Under the pieces are notes generated by a model that was given only the letters and a program-made list of their open reading frames with translations, had not been told where the DNA came from and did no database searches. This document shows positions 9,908 through 19,078 of a stretch of 64,000 nt of DNA, piece after piece. How positions within the stretch are numbered: the stretch's first letter is position 1; the number at the start of each line of letters is the position of its first letter. The position numbers and the translations under genes were made by a program. The stretch covers positions 37,801-101,800 of the forward strand of contig OZ245888.1 in assembly GCA_965229565.1 (NCBI GenBank), written 5' to 3'. The stretch comes from Gammaproteobacteria bacterium (lineage in GTDB: Bacteria > Pseudomonadota > Gammaproteobacteria > Eutrophobiales > Eutrophobiaceae).

Positions 9908-11890
9908 GTGAATACAGCCCTAAAGCTGGATAAAAATCTGGCTGAAAAAATACTATCAAGAAGTAACAAGCCGATAGTCATCGTTGGTACGGGACCGGTG
10001 GGCATGCGTTTTCTTAATGATTTGCTTGCCGACGGCATCAATCAGCCGGTAGTTATCTATGGCGGAGAGCCCTGGATGCCCTATAACCGGGTTCGCCTTT
10101 CTTCACTGCTGGCTGGAGAGATCAGCCACCAGGATATCCTGATTCCAGACTCGAATACTGGACCACAATCGCTAATTAAACGCTATAACTGCCGCGTCGT
10201 GCGTATCGATCCTGATAATAAACTGGTTGAAGATGAGCACGGGCAAACACAGGAATACGAAAAATTAATCCTTGCTACCGGTTCCAATGCATTCGTGCCC
10301 GAAATTCCCGGTATAAACATGAGGGGTGTTTACCAGTTTCGGGACCTAAAGGATACCGAGCACCTGATGGCCCGGCGCACAAGCAGTCGCCACACGGTAG
10401 TGTTGGGAGGAGGTTTACTGGGTCTTGAAGCCGCCCGGGCCATGCAACGTTACAGCACGCATGTATCAGTTATTGAACACAACCGTTTCCTCATGTTTCG
10501 ACAATTGGACGAAACCGCAGCAGGCATTTTCAAGCAACATGTTGAATCTATGGGCATCGATGTTTACCTGCAGGAATCAGTTAAACAGGTTCACGGCGAA
10601 GATCGTGTTACTCACATTGAATTACGTTCAGGCAAGGTACTGACCTGTGACACATTAATAGTATCTGCCGGTATTACTCCTAATATTGAACTGGCGAAGC
10701 AGGCCGGCCTGGCCTTTGGTAGAGGGATCAAGGTCAACGATGCGATGCAGACATCCAACCCTGATATATATGCAATCGGTGAATGTTGTGAGCATCAGGG
10801 ACAAATTTACGGCATTGTTGCGCCCGGTTATGAACAGGCCCTGATCGCGGCCATGAACATAGCCAGTAAACCCATGAAATACAAAGGCACGGTTCTGGCT
10901 ACCAGTCTCAAGGTTGTCGGCAAGCCTGTGTTCAGTATGGGTGATGTCGATGACAGTGTTCGTACCTACTCGACCTATACCTATCAAAAGGACGGTTTCT
11001 ATCGTCGCCTTAATGTGTATCGCGGCCGGTTACTTGGCGTTATAGCAATCGGTGAATGGTCGGAACTGATTCAACTCAAGGAACATGTCAAAAAAGGCAG
11101 GTTACTGTTTCCGTGGCAACTGCGACGTTTTACCAGTACTGGTGAGCTATGGGACAGCGATATTTTACAGGAAGTCACCCAGTGGCCTGCCGAGGCCACG
11201 GTTTGTTCGTGTAACGGCATATCTCGTGGGCAGCTCAGCAAGGAAATCAATAGCGGTTGCAGGACGATTTCACAACTTGCTGAAAAAACCGGGGCCTCCA
11301 CGGTTTGCGGTTCTTGTAAACCATTGCTGGTTAATATGCTCGGTCAGAAAGAGATTGAACCGACACGCGGCTGGAAACCATTATTGAAGGGTTCCGTGAT
11401 TGTAGTTGTTATGTGTTTCGTCGCTTACCTGCTCCCGGCCATACCCTATAACGATACGGTCCAGGTATCCTGGCGCTGGGACATGCTGTGGACCGAAAGC
11501 CTGTTCAAGCAGATCAGCGGTTTCACACTTCTGGCCATGTCTGTCCTGGTATTAATCCTGTCATTACGCAAGCGAATCAAATGGATCTCATGGGGAGATT
11601 TTCCAATCTGGCGCCTGCTTCATGCCCTGCTCGGCGGTAGCGCTATTTTTGTCCTGTTAATACATACCGGTTTTCGCCTTGGCGACAATCTGAATTTTTA
11701 TCTGATGATGAGTTTTACGTCGCTGTTATTGGTTGGCGCAATTATCGGTTCCGTGATTGCCATGGAACATAAGCTGGCCGCAAGCACAGTAAGACAGTTA
11801 AGAAATATCGGAACCTGGCTGCACATACTCCTGTTCTGGCCAATTCCAGTGTTGCTCGGCTTTCATATTTTTAAAACCTATTACTTTTAA
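9908..11890 (+). CDS. NirB-N-terminal-like NAD(P)H flavoprotein (FAD/NAD + BFD 2Fe-2S) fused to a C-terminal ferric-reductase-like di-heme-b membrane domain
   Basis: GTG start. Residues 1-~470 align motif-for-motif with the NirB N-terminus: GTGPVGMRF, YNRVRLSS, ATGSNAFVP, VLGGGLLGLEAA, NPDIYAIGECC, VAPGY, and BFD cysteines CSCNGISRG...CGSCKP. The C-terminal ~190 aa has 4-5 TM helices carrying two HX13H pairs (LLHALLGGSAIFVLLIH; WLHILLFWPIPVLLGFH), as in ferric-reductase/NOX heme-b domains. Confidence 0.7.
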   Translation: MNTALKLDKNLAEKILSRSNKPIVIVGTGPVGMRFLNDLLADGINQPVVIYGGEPWMPYNRVRLSSLLAGEISHQDILIPDSNTGPQSLIKRYNCRVVRIDPDNKLVEDEHGQTQEYEKLILATGSNAFVPEIPGINMRGVYQFRDLKDTEHLMARRTSSRHTVVLGGGLLGLEAARAMQRYSTHVSVIEHNRFLMFRQLDETAAGIFKQHVESMGIDVYLQESVKQVHGEDRVTHIELRSGKVLTCDTLIVSAGITPNIELAKQAGLAFGRGIKVNDAMQTSNPDIYAIGECCEHQGQIYGIVAPGYEQALIAAMNIASKPMKYKGTVLATSLKVVGKPVFSMGDVDDSVRTYSTYTYQKDGFYRRLNVYRGRLLGVIAIGEWSELIQLKEHVKKGRLLFPWQLRRFTSTGELWDSDILQEVTQWPAEATVCSCNGISRGQLSKEINSGCRTISQLAEKTGASTVCGSCKPLLVNMLGQKEIEPTRGWKPLLKGSVIVVVMCFVAYLLPAIPYNDTVQVSWRWDMLWTESLFKQISGFTLLAMSVLVLILSLRKRIKWISWGDFPIWRLLHALLGGSAIFVLLIHTGFRLGDNLNFYLMMSFTSLLLVGAIIGSVIAMEHKLAASTVRQLRNIGTWLHILLFWPIPVLLGFHIFKTYYF

Positions 11891-11907
11891 GTGAACCCTG
11901 AAACTGA

Positions 11908-13359
11908 ATGCTCAAAAACAAAAATCTATGGCTATGGTTGATATGGCTTTTACTCACGCTTGCATTTACAACATACCTGGTAATGAAGATTAATAACAAG
12001 GCGGCAGATAAATCAATTTTTCTCCCTGGTGAAACCACGCACGGTCATCATCAAATAGAACTCGCCTGCGGAGCCTGCCATAGCAAATCGTTTGCTGACA
12101 AGGAAGCAATACAGGAGTCCTGCATGAATTGTCATGGCAAGGCATTAAAAGACAATGATGACAAACATCCAAAAAGCAAGTTTACCGACCCACGTAATGC
12201 CGAACGTGTTGCGATACTGGATGCCCGCTATTGCGTCACCTGCCATATAGAACACAACCCGGAAGTTACATTGGAAATGGGCGTGACCATGCCGCCTGAC
12301 TATTGCCACCTCTGTCATGAAAAAATCGCGGAGGAACGCCCCAGTCATGAAGGTATGGCATTTACCACCTGTGCTTCGGCCGGTTGTCATAACTACCACG
12401 ACAACCAGGCACTGTATGAAGACTACCTGATCAAGCATTTACATCAGCCCGATATCCTCGATAAACAGGAATTTCCGCCGGACTTGAACCTTGATGAACT
12501 CGCACCGGTATTACCCGAGTATCCGATCAAGGATTATCCGCTCGAACGCCTGAAACTGGTCGATGCGAATGCGCCACTAAATATTGAATACGACGCCGAG
12601 ATTCTATACGAATGGTTTGACACCACGCATGCCAACTCCGGTGTGAACTGTACTGCCTGCCACCAGCAAACAATTAATGAAAAGACGGTATGGACCGACA
12701 CGCCCGATCACAAGGTTTGTGCAAGTTGCCATGGACCCGAGGTAGATGGCTTCCTGGCAGGCAAACATGGTATGCGCCTGGATAGCGAAAGACTAAAACA
12801 GGAACTCACAGCAATGACACCCGACCTGGCACGTCTCCCGATGAAGAAAGACGTGCAACACAAGGAGCTGGGTTGTAACAGTTGCCATGAAGCACACGAC
12901 TATAACACCACCACGGCCCGGGTAGAGGCCTGCCTGGGTTGCCATGATGATGAACACAGCCTGGCCTATATCGATTCGCCACACCATAAACTCTGGAAAC
13001 AGGAACTGGCGGGTGAACTACCCGAACACAGTGGCGTTACCTGTGCCACCTGTCATATGCCACGAATAGAAAAGGAATTCATGGACGGCATGTTTTACAT
13101 GGGCATCGTGCAACACAACCAGAACGACACACTGCAACCAAATGAAAAGATGCTGCGACCGGTATGCATGGACTGCCATGGACTGGGCTTTGGCATTGAT
13201 GCCCTTGCCGATGAAAAACTGATTCATAACAACTTCGACGGGCAGCCAGGCGTTCATATTGAAAGCATGGACATGGCCGAAGTCCGCATGAAAGAAGCAG
13301 AGGAAAAGAGGAGACGTCTACGCGAGCAGGCTAAAGACGAAAATTCACCAACCCCATAA
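11908..13359 (+). CDS. Membrane-anchored multiheme cytochrome c with 10 CXXCH motifs plus one CX4CH
   Basis: N-terminal TM anchor (LWLWLIWLLLTLAFTTYLV). Heme motifs: CGACH, CMNCH, CVTCH, CHLCH, CASAGCH, CTACH, CASCH, CNSCH, CLGCH, CATCH, CMDCH. Several occur as doubled CXXCH pairs. 483 aa. Confidence 0.8.
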   Translation: MLKNKNLWLWLIWLLLTLAFTTYLVMKINNKAADKSIFLPGETTHGHHQIELACGACHSKSFADKEAIQESCMNCHGKALKDNDDKHPKSKFTDPRNAERVAILDARYCVTCHIEHNPEVTLEMGVTMPPDYCHLCHEKIAEERPSHEGMAFTTCASAGCHNYHDNQALYEDYLIKHLHQPDILDKQEFPPDLNLDELAPVLPEYPIKDYPLERLKLVDANAPLNIEYDAEILYEWFDTTHANSGVNCTACHQQTINEKTVWTDTPDHKVCASCHGPEVDGFLAGKHGMRLDSERLKQELTAMTPDLARLPMKKDVQHKELGCNSCHEAHDYNTTTARVEACLGCHDDEHSLAYIDSPHHKLWKQELAGELPEHSGVTCATCHMPRIEKEFMDGMFYMGIVQHNQNDTLQPNEKMLRPVCMDCHGLGFGIDALADEKLIHNNFDGQPGVHIESMDMAEVRMKEAEEKRRRLREQAKDENSPTP

Positions 13360-13386
13360 AAAAACCAGCACTACAGGAGAAGTAAA

Positions 13387-13971
13387 ATGTTAAAACTGAA
13401 AAAAGTCATGATTACGGCCACACTGGTAGCAGCTTGTGCCCTGCCATTCACAGCATCGTCGGAGATAGCCGATACACCGACGTTTACGCCCAAGCAGTTG
13501 GCCGACTGGCTACACCTGGTTATGTCGACTGACCGGGCGGTTTATACCAAGAAGATTGTGAACAGACTGGTAAAGAAGGACAAGGTCATCAAGGCCAGCG
13601 AGCATTTTGAAGATGACAAGGCCCTGGTATTACCGGCACAGATGTTCCGCTTCGGTGCAGAAGAAGTCGCCAAGAAAACGGACCAGTTTACCTATTCTCT
13701 GCAATCACTATGGCCTATCAACAAGCAGAACGCCCCGCGCACTGAAATAGAAAAGGCCGGCCTCGCCTATGTTAGCGAGAACAAGGGAGAAAACTACTAC
13801 GGTGTTGAAGAACTCGGGGGCACCCAGTATTTCACCGCCGTGTATGCCGACCCCGCTGTTGCGCCTGTTTGTGTCAGCTGTCATAACGAACACAAGGACA
13901 CACCAAAGAGTGATTTCAAACTGGGTGATGTTATGGGCGGCGTGGTGATTCGTATACCTCTGAAGGGCTAA
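13387..13971 (+). CDS. Periplasmic heme-binding protein, DUF3365/Tll0287-like
   Basis: Signal peptide followed by a single C-terminal CVSCHNEH heme motif and GDVMGGVVIRIP. The overall length and motif placement match the DUF3365 family (assignment from memory of family features). Confidence 0.5.
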   Translation: MLKLKKVMITATLVAACALPFTASSEIADTPTFTPKQLADWLHLVMSTDRAVYTKKIVNRLVKKDKVIKASEHFEDDKALVLPAQMFRFGAEEVAKKTDQFTYSLQSLWPINKQNAPRTEIEKAGLAYVSENKGENYYGVEELGGTQYFTAVYADPAVAPVCVSCHNEHKDTPKSDFKLGDVMGGVVIRIPLKG

Positions 13972-13975
13972 CGAA

Positions 13976-14338
13976 ATGCGTTCTGCCATCACATTATCCA
14001 TGACTTTGTGCCTGATGCCTTTTTTCGTACACGCAGACGAAAGCCGGTATCGGGATTTTGACAGCGATCACCTGATTTTTGGCAAAAAAGTCTGGATTGA
14101 AACATGTGAAGGCTGCCACGGCTGGGGAATAGGTGGTGCACCTATTCCCCTCCACTACGACCAATGGGAAGACCGCATCGCCAAGGGTAAAGACATCCTG
14201 TACCAGCATGCTATCGATGGATACTTTGGACCCGATGACAGCATGATGCCCGAGCGTGGCGGTAACCCGGAACTCAGTGACGAAGAAGTCAAAGCTGCCG
14301 TGGATTACATGGTTGAACTGGCAAAAAGTCACCAATAA
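13976..14338 (+). CDS. Monoheme class I cytochrome c (c5/c-553-like)
   Basis: Signal peptide, a single CEGCHG heme motif, a downstream Met ligand region (MMPERGG). 120 aa. Confidence 0.7.
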   Translation: MRSAITLSMTLCLMPFFVHADESRYRDFDSDHLIFGKKVWIETCEGCHGWGIGGAPIPLHYDQWEDRIAKGKDILYQHAIDGYFGPDDSMMPERGGNPELSDEEVKAAVDYMVELAKSHQ

Positions 14339-14358
14339 ACGAGACGAGGAGAATTGCA

Positions 14359-14772
14359 ATGACCCCGAAACAAATTGAACTGGTTAGCGGCACCTGGGAA
14401 ATGGTGTTACCCATTTCAGACCAGGCTGCGGCCATGTTCTATGCCCGGCTATTTGAGATCGCGCCTGAAGTAAAACCGCTGTTTTCCGGTGATATGGAAG
14501 CACAGGGTAAGAAACTGATGCAAATGATCAACACCGCAGTGGATAACATCGAAGATGTGGAAAAGATCATTCCAGCACTTGAAGATTTGGGTAAACGCCA
14601 TGTTGGGTATGGCGTCACAGATGAACACTACGCCCAGGTGGCAGAAGCATTACTATGGACCCTGGAGCAAGGGCTGGGTGACGCTTTTACAGAGGATGTG
14701 AAACAGGCGTGGACGGAAACCTACATGACGCTGGCAGGCGTCATGATTGAGGCTTCAAAGGAAGCTGCTTAA
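14359..14772 (+). CDS. Single-domain bacterial hemoglobin (Vitreoscilla/Cgb-like globin)
   Basis: FYARLFEIAPEVKPLF resembles the VHb helix B/C region FYKNLFAKHPEVRPLF. A proximal His lies in GKRHVGYGVTDEHY. 137 aa, no signal peptide. Confidence 0.65.
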   Translation: MTPKQIELVSGTWEMVLPISDQAAAMFYARLFEIAPEVKPLFSGDMEAQGKKLMQMINTAVDNIEDVEKIIPALEDLGKRHVGYGVTDEHYAQVAEALLWTLEQGLGDAFTEDVKQAWTETYMTLAGVMIEASKEAA

Positions 14773-14839
14773 GTGAGAAACAACGTGACCAGGGACGGTC
14801 ATTACCGTGTACCGCAATGCAACCGTCTGTATACCATGT

Positions 14840-14870
14840 AAAAAAAACCCGCCAATGGCGGGTTTTTTTA
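14840..14870. terminator. Bidirectional Rho-independent terminator
   Basis: AAAAAAAA-CCCGCC-AAT-GGCGGG-TTTTTTTT. It ends the plus-strand redox operon and the convergent minus-strand small gene. Confidence 0.8.
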
Positions 14871-14886
14871 TTTCCTTAACCTGTGA

Positions 14887-15111
14887 TTACTCGGTAATCA
14901 CTACTTCAGCAGAGCCTTCAGCTTCTGAAGACGTACCAAGCTCTGCATTACAGTCCAGGATGAAGTTATCATATTCTTCACCAGCCAGACCAAGTTCTGC
15001 AGCTTCCTGTTCGCAGGTCATATCCACAACCTGGCCTTCCTCTGCAACAGCACGGGAAGAATAAACCATGCCTGACAGGCACAGGATTAGTAGTAGTTCT
15101 AACGATTTCAT
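14887..15111 (-). CDS. Small secreted acidic hypothetical protein (74 aa, 2 Cys)
   Basis: Signal peptide MKSLELLLILCLSGMVYSSRAVA followed by an acidic mature region. No recognisable family. Confidence 0.35.
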   Translation of the reverse strand: MKSLELLLILCLSGMVYSSRAVAEEGQVVDMTCEQEAAELGLAGEEYDNFILDCNAELGTSSEAEGSAEVVITE

Positions 15112-15416
15112 ACGTAAATCCTCAATAACAGTTAACAGTAAATTTCACTAACCATTACCTGGATCCAGCTTCGGCGGGCTTTTGGAGGCTACTTGGAAAG
15201 AAGGGCTTCTATACCAGTCTAGACACTTTACAAACTGCTTGGCAGTTCCAATTATTGGCAGCAGATTTATACGCCTGGCCAATTTACCTGTCAATGGGAT
15301 TTATACGGCGGCAGGCATACCCCGACTAGAAAGCGAATAGTGAGTCCTTTCATGTTCAGCTTCAATTCAGCTTACCTTCCTATACTCCTCCCATCTTTCA
15401 ACTTATTGGAGATTAA

Positions 15417-15776
15417 ATGATGAAAAACAGCAGTAAATACCTGTTAATTGCCGGGGGTATCGCGTTAGGTACCGTGGGCGGTATAACGATTGGCGTCTCA
15501 AGTGCGGACGATTTACATGAAGTCGCCCGGGCGCCACAGGACTTTATCCAGAAGGTAAACGGAAATAGCCCCAAAAAACCACTGTTACCGATTAACAAGA
15601 TCATCGGTCAATACGAAAACGATGGCAGCCAGGTCACGGAAATCGAGCTGGACCGCGAACTGTTCCGGGATGTTTACGAACTGGAACTTGTCGATGCCAG
15701 TGGCCAGGGCTGGGATATCGATGTAGATGCCCGAACTGGAGAGGAATTATCAAAATACAAGGATTGGGACGACTAG
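15417..15776 (+). CDS. PepSY-domain protein (membrane-anchored), BqsP-like
   Basis: N-terminal anchor followed by a PepSY signature (TEIELDRELFRDVYELELVDASGQGWDIDVDARTGEEL). Confidence 0.6.
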   Translation: MMKNSSKYLLIAGGIALGTVGGITIGVSSADDLHEVARAPQDFIQKVNGNSPKKPLLPINKIIGQYENDGSQVTEIELDRELFRDVYELELVDASGQGWDIDVDARTGEELSKYKDWDD

Positions 15777-15838
15777 TTCATTGTCGTATTATAGCCCGGT
15801 AACCTCAGGTTGCCGGGCCAATACCTGAAAAGCTGGAG

Positions 15839-16216
15839 ATGAAAATGAGAAATGTAATACTGATACTTGGAGGCCTGCTACTTATGGCTATTCAGCCCGG
15901 CATGGCAGCAACGAGTGAAAAAGGGCTCTCCCCGTTTGATATTGTACAACTGGAACAGATGGTAATCGTTGCCGAAGCCGATTTCTCGGCCGATGAAATT
16001 AAGCAGTTGAAAGACTCTGGTAACATCATGCCGCTCGAATCCATCCTGCAACTGGTACAAAAGAATTATGAGGGCCGGATCATCGAGGTTGAACTTGATA
16101 AAGAAGACAAAACGTATGTCTACGAAATAGAACTCGTCGATGATAATAATATTGTCTGGGAACTGGAAGTTGACGCGGCAACCGGCAAAGTGCTTAAACG
16201 TGAGCAGGACGACTAA
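15839..16216 (+). CDS. PepSY-domain periplasmic protein, BqsQ-like
   Basis: Signal peptide followed by a PepSY signature (IIEVELDKEDKTYVYEIELVDDNNIVWELEVDAATGKVL). Confidence 0.6.
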   Translation: MKMRNVILILGGLLLMAIQPGMAATSEKGLSPFDIVQLEQMVIVAEADFSADEIKQLKDSGNIMPLESILQLVQKNYEGRIIEVELDKEDKTYVYEIELVDDNNIVWELEVDAATGKVLKREQDD

Positions 16217-16881
16217 TGCGAATATTGCTGGTTGAAGATGACGTAGCACTGGCCAATGATCTGCAAAAAAAGCTACTTCAATCAGGATTCGTGGTAGACG
16301 TTAGCCATGACGGCATCGATGGTAAATTCAGGGCAGATACTGAATCCTATGATGCGGTCATTCTTGACCTGGGTTTGCCCGGCCAACCCGGCATAGAAGT
16401 CTTGCAACAGTGGCGCAACGATAATAATGACATTCCCGTATTAATACTGACCGCACGTGGTGCCTGGCACGAAAAAGTCGATGGCTTCAAGGCTGGTGCC
16501 GATGATTACCTAAGCAAACCATTCCATGTTGAGGAACTCATAGCCCGCCTGCAGGCTTTGATACGACGCCGAAATGGGCGTGCCGGGGCAACGTTAACGG
16601 CAGCCGGCCTCACACTGGATGAAGACACACAGCAACTCACGCTTGCCAACAACAGCAGCGTCGATCTCACCGCCACTGAATTTCGTATGCTCTCGTACCT
16701 GATGCAACATCCGGACAAGATCCTATCCAAATCGCGCCTGATAGAGCATGTACTGGCCAGCGACTCTGCCGGAGATGAAAATCTTATCGAGGTTTACATC
16801 AATCGGTTGCGACGCAAGATAGGCCCTGGGAAGATCGAGACACGACGCGGACAGGGATACATATTAAAGGACACGGATTGA
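16216..16881 (+). CDS. OmpR-family two-component response regulator
   Basis: REC domain (MRILLVEDDVALA...ILDLGLPG) plus a winged-helix C-terminus (RLRRKIGPGKIETRRGQGYIL). Its stop overlaps the kinase gene start. Confidence 0.85.
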   Translation: MRILLVEDDVALANDLQKKLLQSGFVVDVSHDGIDGKFRADTESYDAVILDLGLPGQPGIEVLQQWRNDNNDIPVLILTARGAWHEKVDGFKAGADDYLSKPFHVEELIARLQALIRRRNGRAGATLTAAGLTLDEDTQQLTLANNSSVDLTATEFRMLSYLMQHPDKILSKSRLIEHVLASDSAGDENLIEVYINRLRRKIGPGKIETRRGQGYILKDTD

Positions 16882-18206
16882 AATCATTAAAGGCACGTCT
16901 TGGGATAGAACTGGTTATCGCACTCATCGTTGTGTTCGCACTGCAGTGGGCACTGGTCAGTTATTTTATCAAGTACGTTACAGAAACCTATATCACTTCG
17001 CGTATCGAACATGACATTGATGTACTGCTAGCCAACATTGTTATAAACGAACAAGGCAATATAACGCTGGCCCGAGAACCGGAAGGAAGGTATAGCGAGG
17101 GACCATTTACCGGCCACTATTACGTGATCAGGGCCAACAACGAGATTTTACGCTCCCGCTCACTCTGGGATCAGTCTCTGGATATCAATACTGTTGGTGT
17201 TGGCGCTACATCCCTGCAACGTCTCCGGGGTCCGCTGGAACAGCCCTTGCTGATGGTAACCAAGGGCTTCAACAAGCTGTATACCGATATCAATGTGACC
17301 GTGGCCGAAGACATCACAACCCTGAATAGCGGCATCAAGACAATGCAGTCAGCATACTTGCTATTGTCGTCATGTCTGCTGTTATTGCTGTTATTGTCAC
17401 AACAGTGGATCGTGCATCGAGCATTAAAGTCACTAACTACGACCCGCCTGAACCTTGAGCGCGTCAGTCGTGGAGATACAGACAATTTGTCCGAGGCTGT
17501 TCCTGACGAAGTGTTACCACTGGTTCAGGAAATCAACCTGCTACTTGAATTATTATCGCGCCGTTTGCAAAAAACCCGTACGGCCGTGGGTAATCTTGCG
17601 CATTCGCTAAAGACGCCGTTAAGCCTTTTAAAAAATATAAAAGATGATCCGGCAATAAAAAACGAAACTGAATTATTAACTACCCTGGACAAACAAATCG
17701 AATCGATCCAGGTCACGCTGGAACGTGAACTGAATCGTGCCAGGCTTGCTGGCGATGCCAAATCCGGGCAGCGTTTTCTGCCGGGCAAGGAATTACCAGC
17801 ATTGGTTGAAACCCTGGAGCAAATATATAAAGAGCAGAACCTGGAAATTGTATTGGTCAACCAGCAACAAACCAGTTGGAACGCAGACCGCGAAGATATG
17901 CTGGAACTGTTCGGCAACCTCGCGGACAACGCCTGCAAATGGGCAAAATCAACAGTGACAATCACATTGGGCACTCAGCCTGGCCAGTTCACCATTGAGG
18001 ACGATGGCCCGGGCTTTCCTGCCGACCAGATCGAGTTGCTAAGCCAGCGCGGCCAACGCCTGGACGAATCTATACAGGGTCACGGACTGGGACTATCTAT
18101 TGTTCATGATATCGTGCAGTTTTATAAGGGTACGATTGAATTCGAACCATCTGCCGAGATAGGTGGGTTGCTTGTAAAGGTAAAACTCTTTAATAACCAG
18201 GAGTGA
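16878..18206 (+). CDS. Sensor histidine kinase with two TM helices and a periplasmic loop containing REPEGRYSE
   Basis: TM1, a ~140 aa periplasmic region, TM2 (LLLSSCLLLLLLL), HisKA H-box (LAHSLKTPLSLL) and HATPase_c (GHGLGLSIV). Confidence 0.8.
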   Translation: MKSLKARLGIELVIALIVVFALQWALVSYFIKYVTETYITSRIEHDIDVLLANIVINEQGNITLAREPEGRYSEGPFTGHYYVIRANNEILRSRSLWDQSLDINTVGVGATSLQRLRGPLEQPLLMVTKGFNKLYTDINVTVAEDITTLNSGIKTMQSAYLLLSSCLLLLLLLSQQWIVHRALKSLTTTRLNLERVSRGDTDNLSEAVPDEVLPLVQEINLLLELLSRRLQKTRTAVGNLAHSLKTPLSLLKNIKDDPAIKNETELLTTLDKQIESIQVTLERELNRARLAGDAKSGQRFLPGKELPALVETLEQIYKEQNLEIVLVNQQQTSWNADREDMLELFGNLADNACKWAKSTVTITLGTQPGQFTIEDDGPGFPADQIELLSQRGQRLDESIQGHGLGLSIVHDIVQFYKGTIEFEPSAEIGGLLVKVKLFNNQE

Positions 18207-18324
18207 TGTGTCGCTAGCAGATAATACTTCCAAACTTACATAGTGTTTATTGCTGGTATCTCATTCGTAAGCTATTGTCTGTTTGTCCAATTTTTCAGCA
18301 ACGATCTAAGCTAAAGATACAAAG

Positions 18325-18816
18325 TTAAAAATCATCGTTCTCCGGATCGACTATGTTATTCAACACATATTTCATAGATATCGGTTTTAGCTTTCTTATA
18401 CGCCCTGGTGATAACTGTCCGGATATTGCGTCCAGCGTTTTCGCTGCATTCATGTTGCCCTGTTTATAAGCCGCGTATAACCAAACATAGGCTTGCTCAA
18501 AGTCACGATTGCCCAATACACCAGATTCATAAAGGACACCGAGATTACGTTGCGCCTCGGGATTGCCGGATTTTGCCGATAATTCATACCATTTCAATGC
18601 CTGCCTGATATCACGCCGGACACCCAGACCAAGGTAGTATTGAATACCCAGATAATTCTGGGCCGTGCTATCACCCATCTTTGCTTGCTCTTTCCACAAC
18701 CGGAACGATGTCGCATAGTCGCCCTGGTCAAAGGCCTGCTTCGGGTCTACTTCATTATTACACCCCGTCAGCACTATCAAAAATAATAATACAATTATGT
18801 TGATCTGTTTTATCAA
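18325..18816 (-). CDS. Sel1-repeat (TPR-like) lipoprotein
   Basis: Lipobox LTGC followed by Sel1 repeats (AQNYLGIQYYLGLGVRRDIRQALKWYELSAKSGNPEAQRNLGVLYESG). Confidence 0.7.
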   Translation of the reverse strand: MIKQINIIVLLFLIVLTGCNNEVDPKQAFDQGDYATSFRLWKEQAKMGDSTAQNYLGIQYYLGLGVRRDIRQALKWYELSAKSGNPEAQRNLGVLYESGVLGNRDFEQAYVWLYAAYKQGNMNAAKTLDAISGQLSPGRIRKLKPISMKYVLNNIVDPENDDF

Positions 18817-19078
18817 GATAATTTCCGCTTATAGTCGAGATTAGTAAATCATTGAGTAAGGTTTCTGCCAACTTGATCATTACCTTGCCGATCGTAACAT
18901 TTCTTTTGTTAAGTTGACGCGATTGAAGGCCGAGGAACTCGAACCATGTTCGAAATCAGCGCCGACCATATCAAAACTAATATAAAACAATAACTTGTAA
19001 CGCTAGACTCTATTTATATTAGCTACAATAAGTTACAGTAAGTATGATTAAGCTTCAAAATTAGATATATAACAATAC

